From: Camelus ferus
Taxonomy: Eukaryota
Direction: 5' to 3'
Assembly: GCF_009834535.1 (NCBI RefSeq)
Contig: NC_045696.1
Coordinates: 121,150,001 to 121,214,000, forward strand
Length of the DNA: 64,000 nt
Both the position numbers and the translations under genes were made by a program. The notes beneath the pieces were generated by a model, which was given only the letters and a program-made list of their open reading frames with translations, was not told the origin of the DNA and ran no database searches. How positions within the stretch are numbered: position 1 is the stretch's first letter; each line of letters begins with the position of its first letter. Below are positions 52,333 to 64,000 of this stretch, piece after piece.

Positions 52333-53554
52333 TCTATTAACTCTTTAAAATGTGGCTACCATTTACTGTTTACTATTTAAAGGTGCTCCACGGCTCCCAT
52401 TATACTTCTCACGGCTGAAGCCCTGCTGGAGAGCTGAGGGCCGTGTATCTGGGCCAGTGACTGCCTTGCAAGTGCTGCCCAGCTCTAAGCACGTGGGGAG
52501 GAGGGTCCTCCCGCTCTAAGTCCCAGGTCTCAGCCTGCAGCCCCGCCAGGCCCTTCCCCCGGAGATGGAGGTTGGAGAGCAGGCTCTGTACCCATCCGCA
52601 CAGTGGGTCTGGAGAAGGAAGGCCCAGGGGAGGTCACCACTGTCGTCAGTGGCATCACGACAGCCTCCACACTGAGAGGGGAGGGGAGAGGTCACCGACA
52701 TGCTGCTCCTGCCAAACGCAAAAGAACTTTGAGTATAATCTGCGGAGGGCGCCCCATCTATGGGGCAGGGGCAGTAAACATGGGACAAGTAAACCATTCC
52801 AAGTTGCCCTGCTTCAAAGGAGAAAAGCTAGACTGGATAATCACATTTGGAAAACATCTGGTTTGGAGAATCACACTGAAAAGGTTGCAAATAGGCTGGC
52901 AGTATGAAAGAGTTCCCATTTTTCTTGGTTAGTCTGAAAAAATCTGTTTCTAAACAAAATGTCTCAGTCAAAAGGACAACTGGAGAGAAGAGAAATTTGC
53001 ACTGAGATGAAGACAACACGTGTTCTGAAGGCTTTCCACACAGTTTGATATAAAGATGAACTCTGTTCCCGGTCCACTAACTGACTGCTCACCGAGTTCT
53101 AGCCCAGCAAGTTTCAAATCCATTCAAGTTGTAAATTTTCATCCATACCTATGCTTTTTGAGTTTTATATGTTCACAAAGAAGGTAGCCTGGGAGTTTGG
53201 AGGATGGTCTCAGTAGGGTGAAATGATGGAGGGGGTGGGGGTGCAGGGAGGAGGGGTGGCTTGGGGACAACACCAGAACCATAAATCACCCACCTCCCAT
53301 CCAGGATGCGTCTCAGAGGCCAAAGCAAACACCACGCCTGGACAGAGACTCCTGAGTCCCAAGCAGACGGGCTCCTGCGTGAATCCCACCTCTGTACCCC
53401 CTCCTCTGCTCCCCACCCTCCCCTAACTCCTGTCTGATCTGATCTCTGTGGTCCACGGCATGGATTAGCCCCTCAGTCAGTGTCTCCAGGAACAAAACAC
53501 CTGACAGTCACATGACCACATCAAGAACGTTTATGGCTGTCCTGGTCTAGAGTG

Positions 53555-53870
53555 GGTGTTGGGAAAATATTTTCTGTAAAGGGACTATAGTAAACATTTC
53601 AGGCTTTGTGGGCCGTGGTGGTGTCTGTGGCAATGACTTCATTCTGCCAGTGCAGTGTGAAAACAGCCACAGACAGAACTTCATAGGACCAGGCATGGCT
53701 GAGGTCCCATATAACTATGGACCCTGAAGTTTGAATGTCATATGACTTTTCTGTGCCATGAAATATTCTTCTTCTTTTGATTTTTTTTCCAGCCACTTAA
53801 AAATGTAAAAACCGTTCGCAGTTTGCAAGCCATTTAGAGACATGCTGCACAATGTAGCTGACTTCTCCAG
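53555..53870. mobile_element. MER58-like hAT MITE
   Basis: ttttctgtaaaggg...agtaaacatttcaggctttgtgggcc...ctgccagtgcagtgtgaaaacagccacagac. Confidence 0.75.
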
Positions 53871-53875
53871 TAGAG

Positions 53876-54363
53876 CAGGGCTCTTAACCTGGGCCTCTGG
53901 ACAGCTGAGTTGAAGGAATTCAGAAAGCCTGTGACACTGGGGTCAATTAAAGTTTTATTTTCACTAACCTCTAACTAAAATGTATCGTTTTTTCTCACTA
54001 TCAGTATCATCAACAAATAAAATTAGTTTTAGCCATACTTGTGACTGAGTCACCAGGAGACATCACAGACTAGGTTCCTGTTTCATTACAGTGGCTGCAA
54101 ATATCTCAAAATACCATTTACATTCAACACTACTGAGAAATTACAGAATTATCAGACCAGCCACAAATTCTCATCATTTAATTTTGTTACTCCATTTACG
54201 ATGCTTCTATGTCACGTTTAAATATGTTTTGCTAACTGCATTTCAATCTAACTGGCTTATTTTATAATAACGTATTTTATTTTGTGCACTCTAAGAAGAG
54301 TTCAAGGGCTTCTTCACCAGTTGCTAAGGGTGTCCCCGAAACAAAAAGGGTTAAGAAGCCCTG
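53876..54363. mobile_element. Non-autonomous DNA transposon with terminal inverted repeats (hAT-like)
   Basis: TIRs cagggctcttaacc ... ggttaagaagccctg; TSD not recognisable. Confidence 0.65.
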
Positions 54364-56206
54364 GTTGGAAGAGACTGTCAGGATTCTAAAATCTGATCCT
54401 TCTTGGTTCAATCTTGCTAGATCAAAACCCTGATGCAAATTTCCAATAAAGCCAGCAGTAACGGTTGCTTCCAAAGTCAGCCAAGGAAAATGCTCACGAG
54501 TGAAACAGTAAAATCTTTGAATGCACTTGAGGTCCTGTTTATATAAGGAAGGGACTTTTTTTTTTTTCTTTCTAGAAGAGTTTCACAAAATCAAGGAAAA
54601 AAATCCTACAGTCACAGACTTCCTGGTTCAACTTGCCTGGAAGGTTCAAGGCTAGGACTCTTAGTGACCAAGAATAACACGGGCCCTGGACCACACACTG
54701 TCCAGAAGACAGTAGAAACCTGTGGGGAAAAGCACCAGTGGTCCTGGCCTATGGGAGGGATTTATTTGAGAATATGTGAATTAGCTACTTCCTGCATTCT
54801 CCCTTGACCTGCCCTTCAGAGCAGCCCCACCTGTCCCTGGGGGAGTGAGTCATGGCTACAATCTCATGCTGGCTGTTACCAGTACAGAACACAGACCTAT
54901 GTCAGTTTTTCTTTTCACTCGTGTGGTCCTGGTGCCCCAGAGAGGCTGAGATGAGCCCAAATTGGGCTCTGGGGAGCCCTAGGGATGTGTTGGATGCTCT
55001 TGGTATGAAGGGAGTCAAGGAGAACAGACAAGTGTGGACCGAGCCCATGCCCAGATTTACCAAAGACAGTCTATTTTCTTAAAATCTGTTTTACAGGTTG
55101 GGTTTCTGAGCCAGGTATCATTTAATGAATTTGAATGTCAAGTTCTGGTGATTAAAATAAAAAGGTCAGAAATAAAATAAAATACTGATCCTGTCCAAGC
55201 CTATCCCTAAATCTTGCATCTGTGAGGATTCAGATTTGCTCTGAGGCCTCTGTGGGTTTGGCAAGATGGAGGTGCTGTGGACTTTGACAAGCGTGGTCTT
55301 CAGAGGGGTGTCGGGGAGGAGAGTCGGGGTGGTCTGGGTGGAGGGGCCAACGGGAGGACAGATGGAGAAGGGGAAGACAGGCAACTCTTTCAATGAATTT
55401 TGCTCTAACCAAGAGTAAAGTAAGGGACAGCAGCTAAAGAGGAAAGCGGTGTCAAGGGAGAGCTCTTAACTTCAATAGGAATTACTGGGAGCGTGTTTTA
55501 TGCTACCAGGAGTGAGTCTTCAGTAGGAAGGAAAAGAACAGATGGTAAGGAGAAACAGGGAGTGTGACACTAGGTCAGCGTCCTTGGATACTGGAGGGCA
55601 ACGTGCCCAGAGGAGGCACTGACATGAGACGAGAGTGTGGTCCCTGGCCACCCACCGGGAGGGAGGGCTGGGAACACGGGCACAGCACACCGGGGGGCAG
55701 ACAAGCTGAGGGAGGAAGACAAAGGAGGAGCATAGCGTTTCCTTATGTGAATGCAGCATCTTGGAACTCAGGACAAAATCATATAGAAAATTTCAGACAT
55801 CAGTTAATAGTCCGCTAAATCTGAAAAACGATCATCAAGCTAAAGAAGAAACATATTGATGTTATTAAAATGGTAACACAGAAAAGCCATTATGGTAATA
55901 TATTTAACTCTAATATATTAGGGAAAAAAGCAAACTGGTCTTGTAGCCTTGGTGTCCAATTCCCTTAAGAAAACCACCAAGAGAACGTGAAACAAACCTT
56001 CACTGTGATGTTGTGCGTCACTTCACTTGACCCCAGGGGCAGAATAACCGCCGTTTGCTTCTGTTTGGCCTCACTTGCCTCTGTACTATGGGTACACTGG
56101 GAAGCAAGCTTATTTTTGGACAGTTTTTTTTTCCATTCCCAATCATCCTCATTTTTCAGATAAGGAGACTGAGGACAGGGAAGGTCAAGTCACTTGTCCA
56201 AACTCA

Positions 56207-56560
<354 letters not shown>

Positions 56561-58215
56561 TCAAGATCAGAGGAAACACCCCCATCCTGGTATTGCTGCC
56601 TCTCCTCCTGCTGAAATCAGTCTCCTTAAAGGTTCAAGTCAAATGTGACCATCTCCACAAACGACCCCCTAAGGTCTCACCTTATACCACAGATTTCATT
56701 AGATACTCACATCATCGTGAAAAGGAAGTTACATCCACTCTACAGGTGGAGAAACTGAGGCTTAGAGAGGTTTGCCGTGGACTCAGGTGTCCTCTCAGAG
56801 CTGAGCTCCCAGCTCCAACCTCCTCTTGTTGTCACCCCATCTGGGTGACTCCACCCTAGCACGTGCCACCCTGGGCCACCTGCGTGGGTTACGGGTGCGC
56901 ACAACCGTCTCTCCTGGTGTTTGAATCCCTGTGTGGAGGACTTGCGACTAACTCCCTCGTGAGCTTGAGGCAGCTGCTCACTAAATGTGTGACGACCAAC
57001 ACAATCATCTACTGGGGACCAGAGTACAGATGAGGGACATCTACCACCGTGGTCACCTCCTCGTTTAAAGTGGGGCTTCCACCCAAATTCTATTCTGTTC
57101 TGCCTTTGTATACATGCATGTAATCAAATTTGTATGAAAATGCTTGAAAACGCTGCATTCTCTTTATCCAGCCCCTAAGCCTGCCATCCCAAAGTCAGGG
57201 AGATGCCAAGTCATTACACTGCCTGGTCTTGAAGTTAAGTCATGCTGAGCAGAAGCTCTCTAGCTTTTCTGGTTCCTGAGGTTTTTGCCTAAGATAAGCC
57301 AGTTTGATTCTTCTCCCAAAAGTACGAGGCAGCTGAATCCTAAGACATGAAACAGATTAACACTGGATACGCTCTTCATTTGGCTCTGGTGGAAAACCAT
57401 TCTTATGGTTTAAGGGCGGGGGTGGTCTGGGATGAGGGAACCCAAACTATAACAAACTGGGTGTGAGGGACTGTGAGAAAAAATCAGGGTAGAGGGAAGT
57501 TCTGGGCTCAGAGGTTGTCATGTGCAGACCTGGTGACACTGACGTCACATTCTTGGACCGTTTGTGCTCAATTTGTGAAAGAAGCTCAAATGCTCAGACC
57601 CCCAACAGGATCTAAGTGACCCATTCAGTCCCCTCCTCCTTGACAAGCACAAGGGGGGAGACCCAGACATTCCCACCACCCCACCAGAAAAGCATCTGAT
57701 CGCTTTCAGAGCAACACGTGTGCCCAGCTCCGTTTATTATTTAGGAAGCAGGTAAGATAATTCTGGGTGAAGTTTCTCGTCATAGCTGTCATTCTTCTGT
57801 GGAACCGTGCCGGGAATTTCTGGCCGGAAATAGGGACCACGGACAGCGGCCTCCGAGAGGCTCCTGCTGGCTGACAACCATGAGGCTACTGGCTTGAAGT
57901 CCTGGAGGCCACCCACATCCTTTGCCCACATGCTGAGAGCGTCAAATGATTCCATGCTCCCCCCTCTCCTTAAACCTTCACAGAGGCGGTTGTGAAAAAT
58001 AAATAGATCTCATCCTTTCCCACTAGTATTTCTCTGCTCTGTGATGAAGGCTCTCTGCTGTCTTGGGAGTAGCATATTTATTTGGACCCAGTGAGCCTAC
58101 TTCTCACCTAGGGACAAGCACAATGGAGGTACCACAACAGGAGAGAGGCACTCAAGTGGGGAAGTACAAACAGAGGGGCCACGAGACACTGGCTTTCTGC
58201 CACGTCGGGATTCAC

Positions 58216-58268
58216 CTGCGCATTCCTGGGTTGTCTTCGTTAAAGTTGATTGCGAAGTCGTGAGAGAC
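58216..58268 (-). CDS. CPNE4: CPNE4 internal exon (VSHDFAINFNEDNP...), 53 nt as given, carrying an apparent +1 frameshift
   Basis: Acceptor gtgtcCAG, donor CAG|GTGAAT; copine VSHDF motif; the flanking exon phases (0 in, 1 out) need 52 nt. Confidence 0.92.
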
Positions 58269-60536
58269 CTGGACACCCATTCAAATGAAAAAAGGAAGGA
58301 GGGAGAATTACAACTTTAACCCAGTAAGGAGGCACTGGGGGGCGAGAGTTCGCAAGCACATGCCCATTTCATTCATTCTATGTTAAGCAGTGGGAACCAT
58401 TTTAAGCCTTGACACAATCAATCTGAGATGGAGGGTGAATTCTAAGCTTCCTGTGGAGTTGAAGGTGACAGGGAGATTTTCTAGAATCAGATACATGCTG
58501 GCAGGAGGGGAGAAGACGGCATCTAAAGAAATCCAAGAAAAGACTTCAGAAAAATGTAACTCCAAATAACGTCCAGATAGAAGTGGACACAGACTGGAGG
58601 CTTCAATTTGGCTGAGTTCTATTTGGACCCAGTGATTAAAAAATGATAACCCAGTAACCCAAGCGTCTCTCATCATGGTCATGGTTACAAAGGCCCCAGC
58701 TAGGCTGCTGACATTTAAGGCTCATTCCAGCATAACATACCGAATGGCCGGGCAGGAGGGACTTTACACGTAGACAAGGAAAAATAGACACTACTTTTGG
58801 AAAAGTAATCAAGTGATAATACTTTGGAGCCTCCCAACAGTAATTCCTCTACCCGGCAGGACCTATGCCCAAGGTCAAATAACATGTTCTTCTTTCTAAA
58901 TAACGTTCTTCTTTCTAAAACTTCATAAAATAAGAGAGATGTCCTGGCATCTAGACATTTTTACCGGGTCACTTGGAATTTCAGAGACTTCCATTTCCAA
59001 GGCTGTTTCTCAGAGCGCTGACTCTCTGGGGGCTAGAAAATGGGTCACTGTGTTAAAATTCCCCTCTTTTCTCAGTGTGTGGGGGGCTGTCAGAGCTGAC
59101 GCTGTTGATACCAGCCCACTTCCCCTTGCCCTTAGCTTCTCCAGGCAAGTATCAGCTGACTGCCAACCGTCTTATCTGCTTTATTTACCTTAAATTTTTC
59201 TCAGATCTCCTGAGCCTGCTTTACCTGCCCAAGTGACAGGATGAGTGTTGGGGAATGAACATCCCCTGGGAGCCGGGGCTGACAGGAGGTGCTGTGTCTC
59301 CTATTCCCCTGGGGCTGTGTGCACGCGGCACTGTCTCCCAGGATTTAGCTCCAGGTGCATTTCTGTCTCGAGGCTCAGGAGCTCTGTGAAGGAGGGGGCA
59401 TCCACCTGCCCACATTCTGGAACTGATTCCCACCTGAAGGGGACTACATCTCTTGAGTGCTGGTTAATTTTGCTATGTGTAATCTTTTAATTTAAGTGTT
59501 GCCAGGACTTTCAGTTTTCCCAGAGAAGCCAGAAATCTGACATTTTATATTCAGTTATTTAATTCTTAAAAAAAAATTGTGGGTCAAATATATTTGTGGC
59601 CCGACTAATGCCTACAGGCCACCAGTCGACCACTCTTGTTCTATATACTTTCCTGCCACGTGTCTTTTGTTTTTTTCCAACAAATGCTTTTAGAATTCTG
59701 TAGCCACAGGAGGCCAGTATGGGTTACAAAGCAGACAAGGAGGGGGACAGGTCAGGGAGACATGTCACGCCACCACTGCTCACCCAGCAGTGAAGGGAGA
59801 TGGACTCTCTCTTGCATGGAAGGCCCTCGGTCTGACAGGCCTGGTCTGGAAACAGATGCTGGCACCTGCTTCCTGTCATGCAGATCAGACAAGGTCTGCA
59901 AAAGAGAAACTGACGACTGGGCGGTATTGCTTGCATATAACTTGGACCTCAGAGGCATCAGCGAGGCCAGGGCAGGGACCCGGCTGCCTCTCCAAGGCTC
60001 TCTCCCTTGGGGGAGCTGAGGCCCCTGTGGAGAGTGTCCCTCAGGGCCACCTGGCATACCGCAGCAGAGGGCCTCAGCTCCACTGCCGCACAGCTCTCTC
60101 TACGCACTCTTTGCCTTCCTTGTGTTGTGAGAAATCGGTATCAAAACCAAATAGGATTCCAACATCTTCGTGGGAACCTAGCAGCTCCAAATTCTCTAAG
60201 CCAGGGTGGCTCTTTCCTCAGGACTTCACTGTGTCTCCCACATGAGACTGGTGCTTAGGGGCCTGGGGGAGGGAGTGGCAGACCTCACTGTCAGGGATTC
60301 TCACCGTCGGTGTGGTCTGCAGGTCTCTCCCTTGGGGACATCTGCACAGCTGGTTACAAGGGAGCCCTTCGTTTGGGCCACTGAGAAGACCCACCCAGAA
60401 TACCAGGTTGGACGTCATCAGAAGACAGGCTTGAAGGAGCTAATCTCACTGGTTCTGACTCTTGGGGCCGTACATAATTACATCAAGGGCCAAAAGTGTG
60501 AGGCCTGGGAGAAAAACCCAAATGACCCTTCGTTCA

Positions 60537-60662
<126 letters not shown>

Positions 60663-63381
60663 TTACCTCATGGTGAACCAAGGTCACCAGGCCGAATGCT
60701 GGCTCACGCTTCTCATTACCCACGGTGATGGACAGGGGACAGAAACAGTGTGGGCAACTCAAATCCAGACATAATCCCCAAGGGCGTCATGGGCTTTTGT
60801 CCGCACCTTCATCCCTTAACTTTTTGCCAGACTTGACACCAAGGAATAAAAGGATCCCAGGATTTCCCCACCTCCCCTCTTCGGTCGCCTCTGGAAAGCG
60901 ATCCTGCGTTAACTCCTACGGCTGACCGTCTTAGGAGCTTTCATACGTATTATCTCTGAAAATCTTTACAGGGAGAGACCGTTATTCACCCTTTACCGGT
61001 GGGGAAATGCCTTGAGAGGTAAAGCGACTGGTCCAGGATTTTGCTGCCGGATGAGCCTGAACCCAAGGGGAAGAGTAAACAGCATGGAAAGCTTGGAAGA
61101 TCCGCTAACTGCCAGCTTTGTTCCACTGGCAGGACTCACTGCGCCTGCTTATCACATGAGCAGCGATTAAGTTGTTTCCATGTCTTTTCTTGGCTCCTGG
61201 ATTCAAAGGGACACTGGTTTCATATTAGTATTTTCACATGTCCACGGCCTCCCTGCCCCAAACTGTCCTGTGCCCTTACCTTCAGCATAATACTTGCCAC
61301 GGGGTGTGTGCTCAATAAATATTTAAGAAGCACAGAAGCCGTGAATTGAATCATGAAGATCTGGCTCTATAAAGAAGGGAGAATTCTTCTGAAAATGCAC
61401 AAGGGTCACATAGATGTCCTTTGGGTTTGGCTTCTCTTACGCATTTTGAAATTTCTCTCTGAACATCTTCATTCACCTATGCTGTATCTTAAGTCTAACT
61501 TTTCTGCTTAAAGGACTGACATTGATTGGTACTGCACCATGCCAGATAAGATGCTGGCAATATACATGCTTAGTTCGTTTTCACACCACAGTTGAAGGTC
61601 CACCGAAATTCTCATTTTACTGATGGATAAATTGAGTCTTGGAAAGGCTAAGAGAGTGCCCTGAGGTTTATCAGGGAGCACTGTGTGATTCCAAAGCCCG
61701 TGCCTTTTCCACTATACTGTTACAACTTCATGATTAAGTATCGCATTAACTGGGATTTCCTCTTGTGCTTCAGTAATGGGGGCCCCAGACCAGCCAACAA
61801 ATAAGACTGTCCTTGAGCAGATTTTGTGCTGTCAGGGGCCTGCCGTGATGTGCTCTGCAATATGGTCTCGGCAGAGGACAGGCCCTTCTCAGGCCATCAA
61901 CCTTCTACTTTCTCTCCCATTAAAAACACCACTGAGATTTGTGCTTGGAACAACTCCTGCCTTTCTCAGCTCTTTGCAGAGTTAGTCCAGCAGAAAAGGA
62001 AATTCAGATTAGAGCTCATTGTCCTAGGAACTATCTGGAAGCAAACGAGGAGCCTCCCCAAAGCTGGTTGAGAAGTCATATTATCAAAGCCAGATTGTCA
62101 CCATCACCACCAAACTGATTTAGATGGCGTTATAACGCAGCCAATGATGACCCTGATAAAATGTCACCAAAGTATAGCCAATCTGACCAAATTTAGTGTA
62201 GGAGATGGGAGATACAAGGAAACCAGAATTCTTTGAAAGCAAAGTCTAAAGTCACCAGAAAATCTCCAGGTCCCTCTTCCTGTCTGTTGTGCAGATACGG
62301 GCTTTGTGGTGTGTTACATCAAGCAGGTATTGGAACAGGTATTAATGCTGATAAACAGAAGACTGCAATGACTTATAAAGGATCAACCACAGCTTTGAGA
62401 AAAAAAGAAAAACACACTTCTGGTCCTTGGAAATATTGAAATACTTTGTCTCAGCAATTCCTTCTTAACCCAGACAAGGGGGAGCAGATGTGGGGAGGGA
62501 TGGGCGAGGGCGATTTCAGAGGTTTTTCCAGTTAAATCTGGAACGGAGCTGTCCTGGGTGGAGGATGGGTCCTGCTTCCTCCAGCTCAGCAGGCTCAGAA
62601 GTCAACACAGAGGAGGAACCTAGGAGGCTCCACCCCCTTTATTCTCCTCTGTGATGAGTTTAGGAGGGGTGAGAGCTAATATTCCATCCATTTCTAATCA
62701 CCAAAGCAGTGTTCCAGCCTTAACAATATTCCTTTTATATCTCTGAGCCACCCCTGGGGATGTAAAGTTTGCTGAGCACGACGCACTGTTACATAATTGA
62801 GTTTCAAGAATTGGGAGGTGGGGAAAATGCCTCACCTACAAGGGGAATAATTAATGAGTCAGGAGGGCATCAATTCTCAGAGGTGAGCCACCACCAAGAC
62901 TCTGATAAACATACTAAAGAAAAAATTTCCAGCCTAAGCACAATAGATTTTAGCATTCATTTTCCTGATTAAAAATAACACTGGGCAGAGAGGAGTCTTA
63001 TTATGCAAGAGACAAGGGCAGGCAAGTTGAGCCCATGAGCAAGCACCAGCTCGCCAGCACAGCCAGGAGCATGAGCTCGGGCCCACCAGCACTGGGTCAA
63101 GGGTTGCGGAGCAACCACTGAGAACATGATTGGGGGAACCTGCCCATCAGAAAGACTCAGGGCAGATCTCCACAGCGCTGAAGGTAGCGCTTCTTACTAT
63201 CAGAATAAAATAGTACAAAGCACAATCCGAGAGCCTGTGGTCTTCAGTGGCCATGCGCTTGCTATCTTGAACTTCTCAGGGAAAGACCTTGGCCAAACGA
63301 TCAGCGGAAGGAAGAGTCCTTTTCACCCTCCCTGGTAAGGAAGACTGAGCTAAAGCCAGAGATGAATCAAAGTAAAGACAA

Positions 63382-63676
63382 ATTTCTAATAAACTCATCT
63401 ACAGAATAGAAACAGACTCACAGACACAGTAAACAATCTTATGGGGGTGGGAGGGGATACATTTGGGAGTTTGAGATTTGCAAATGCTAACCACTATATA
63501 AAAAATAGATAAAAATCAAATTTCTTCTGTAGAGCACAGGGAACTATATTCAATATCTTGTAATAATCTTTAATGAAAAAGAACATGAAAATGAATATAT
63601 GTATATATATGCTGACTGGGACATGATGCTGTACACCAGAAACTGACACATTGTAACTGACTACATGTCAATAAAA
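63382..63676 (+). mobile_element. Short young L1 3' end
   Basis: agaaacagactcacagacac...acaccagaaactgacacattgtaactgactac; 13-bp TSD aaagtaaagacaa at 63369-63381 and 63677-63689. Confidence 0.9.
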
Positions 63677-64000
63677 AAAGTAAAGACAAGTGACTGTGTC
63701 CATAAGGAATGAACTCAGAGCAAAAGAGCGTTTCAGTGCAATGAGACACTTGGTAGAGGCTGTTCTCTAAAGCAGTTGTCTTGGAGCTGGGGTACATGGA
63801 AATCAAAGCCCTTCTGGGGTAGGGGAGCACGGCTGTCTTGTTTTAGAGGAAATCAGGATCTTTTGCTGAAACTGATCTCACAGGAACACCTGTGATGGAA
63901 GGACCTGCGCTCCCTTCACCCCCCCACCCCGACAGTTACCCTCCTCCTTGCCCACACAGGGCGGGGCGCGTTGCTCACCAGAGTAAAAGGTCTGTGGCAG

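Larger units (their letters stand above)
51535..52425. mobile_element. hAT-Charlie MITE (MER3/MER33-like) hosting an L1 and a SINE insertion
   Basis: aatagccactagc...ttgagatgtgact...actgaattt; resumes after the inserts with aaatgtggcta. Confidence 0.65.

Noticed and set aside
58877..58916. Short tandem duplication aaataac(at)gttcttctttct
   Set aside because: Ordinary slippage duplication in an intron with no sign of function
63960..64000. Minus-strand donor-like CTG|GTGAGC beside a GC box at the window edge
   Set aside because: The adjacent sequence does not translate to a copine peptide; too little context

Overview
Mammalian genomic DNA, very probably a camelid (camel, alpaca or llama), judged from nine copies of a Vic-1-like tRNA-derived SINE and the style of the young L1 3' ends. 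Two spliced protein-coding genes lie head-to-tail on the minus strand. MRPL3 (mitochondrial ribosomal protein uL3m) has coding exons 1-8 here (ATG at 34098 in a CpG island; 816 nt, 272 aa; the last exons lie left of the window). The last five coding exons of CPNE4 (copine-4; 60624 down to the stop at 49111) are followed by several candidate poly(A) signals. The rest is intronic or intergenic and rich in L1, SINE, MIR, L2, MaLR LTR, hAT and Tigger relics and simple repeats. Most ORF-track entries are spurious or L1 debris. I found no convincing novel multi-gene system. The most notable observations are a 1-nt frameshift in an otherwise intact CPNE4 exon (real loss-of-function allele or assembly error), a Gly-to-Glu change in the MRPL3 KRWGF motif, three copies of one target site recording two retrotranspositions at the same site, a nested L1, a SINE converted into a perfect hairpin, a dimeric GC-rich minisatellite in MRPL3 intron 1, and a pair of RFX-like boxes. 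Comparisons with human proteins and repeat consensus sequences are from memory, not from a database search.
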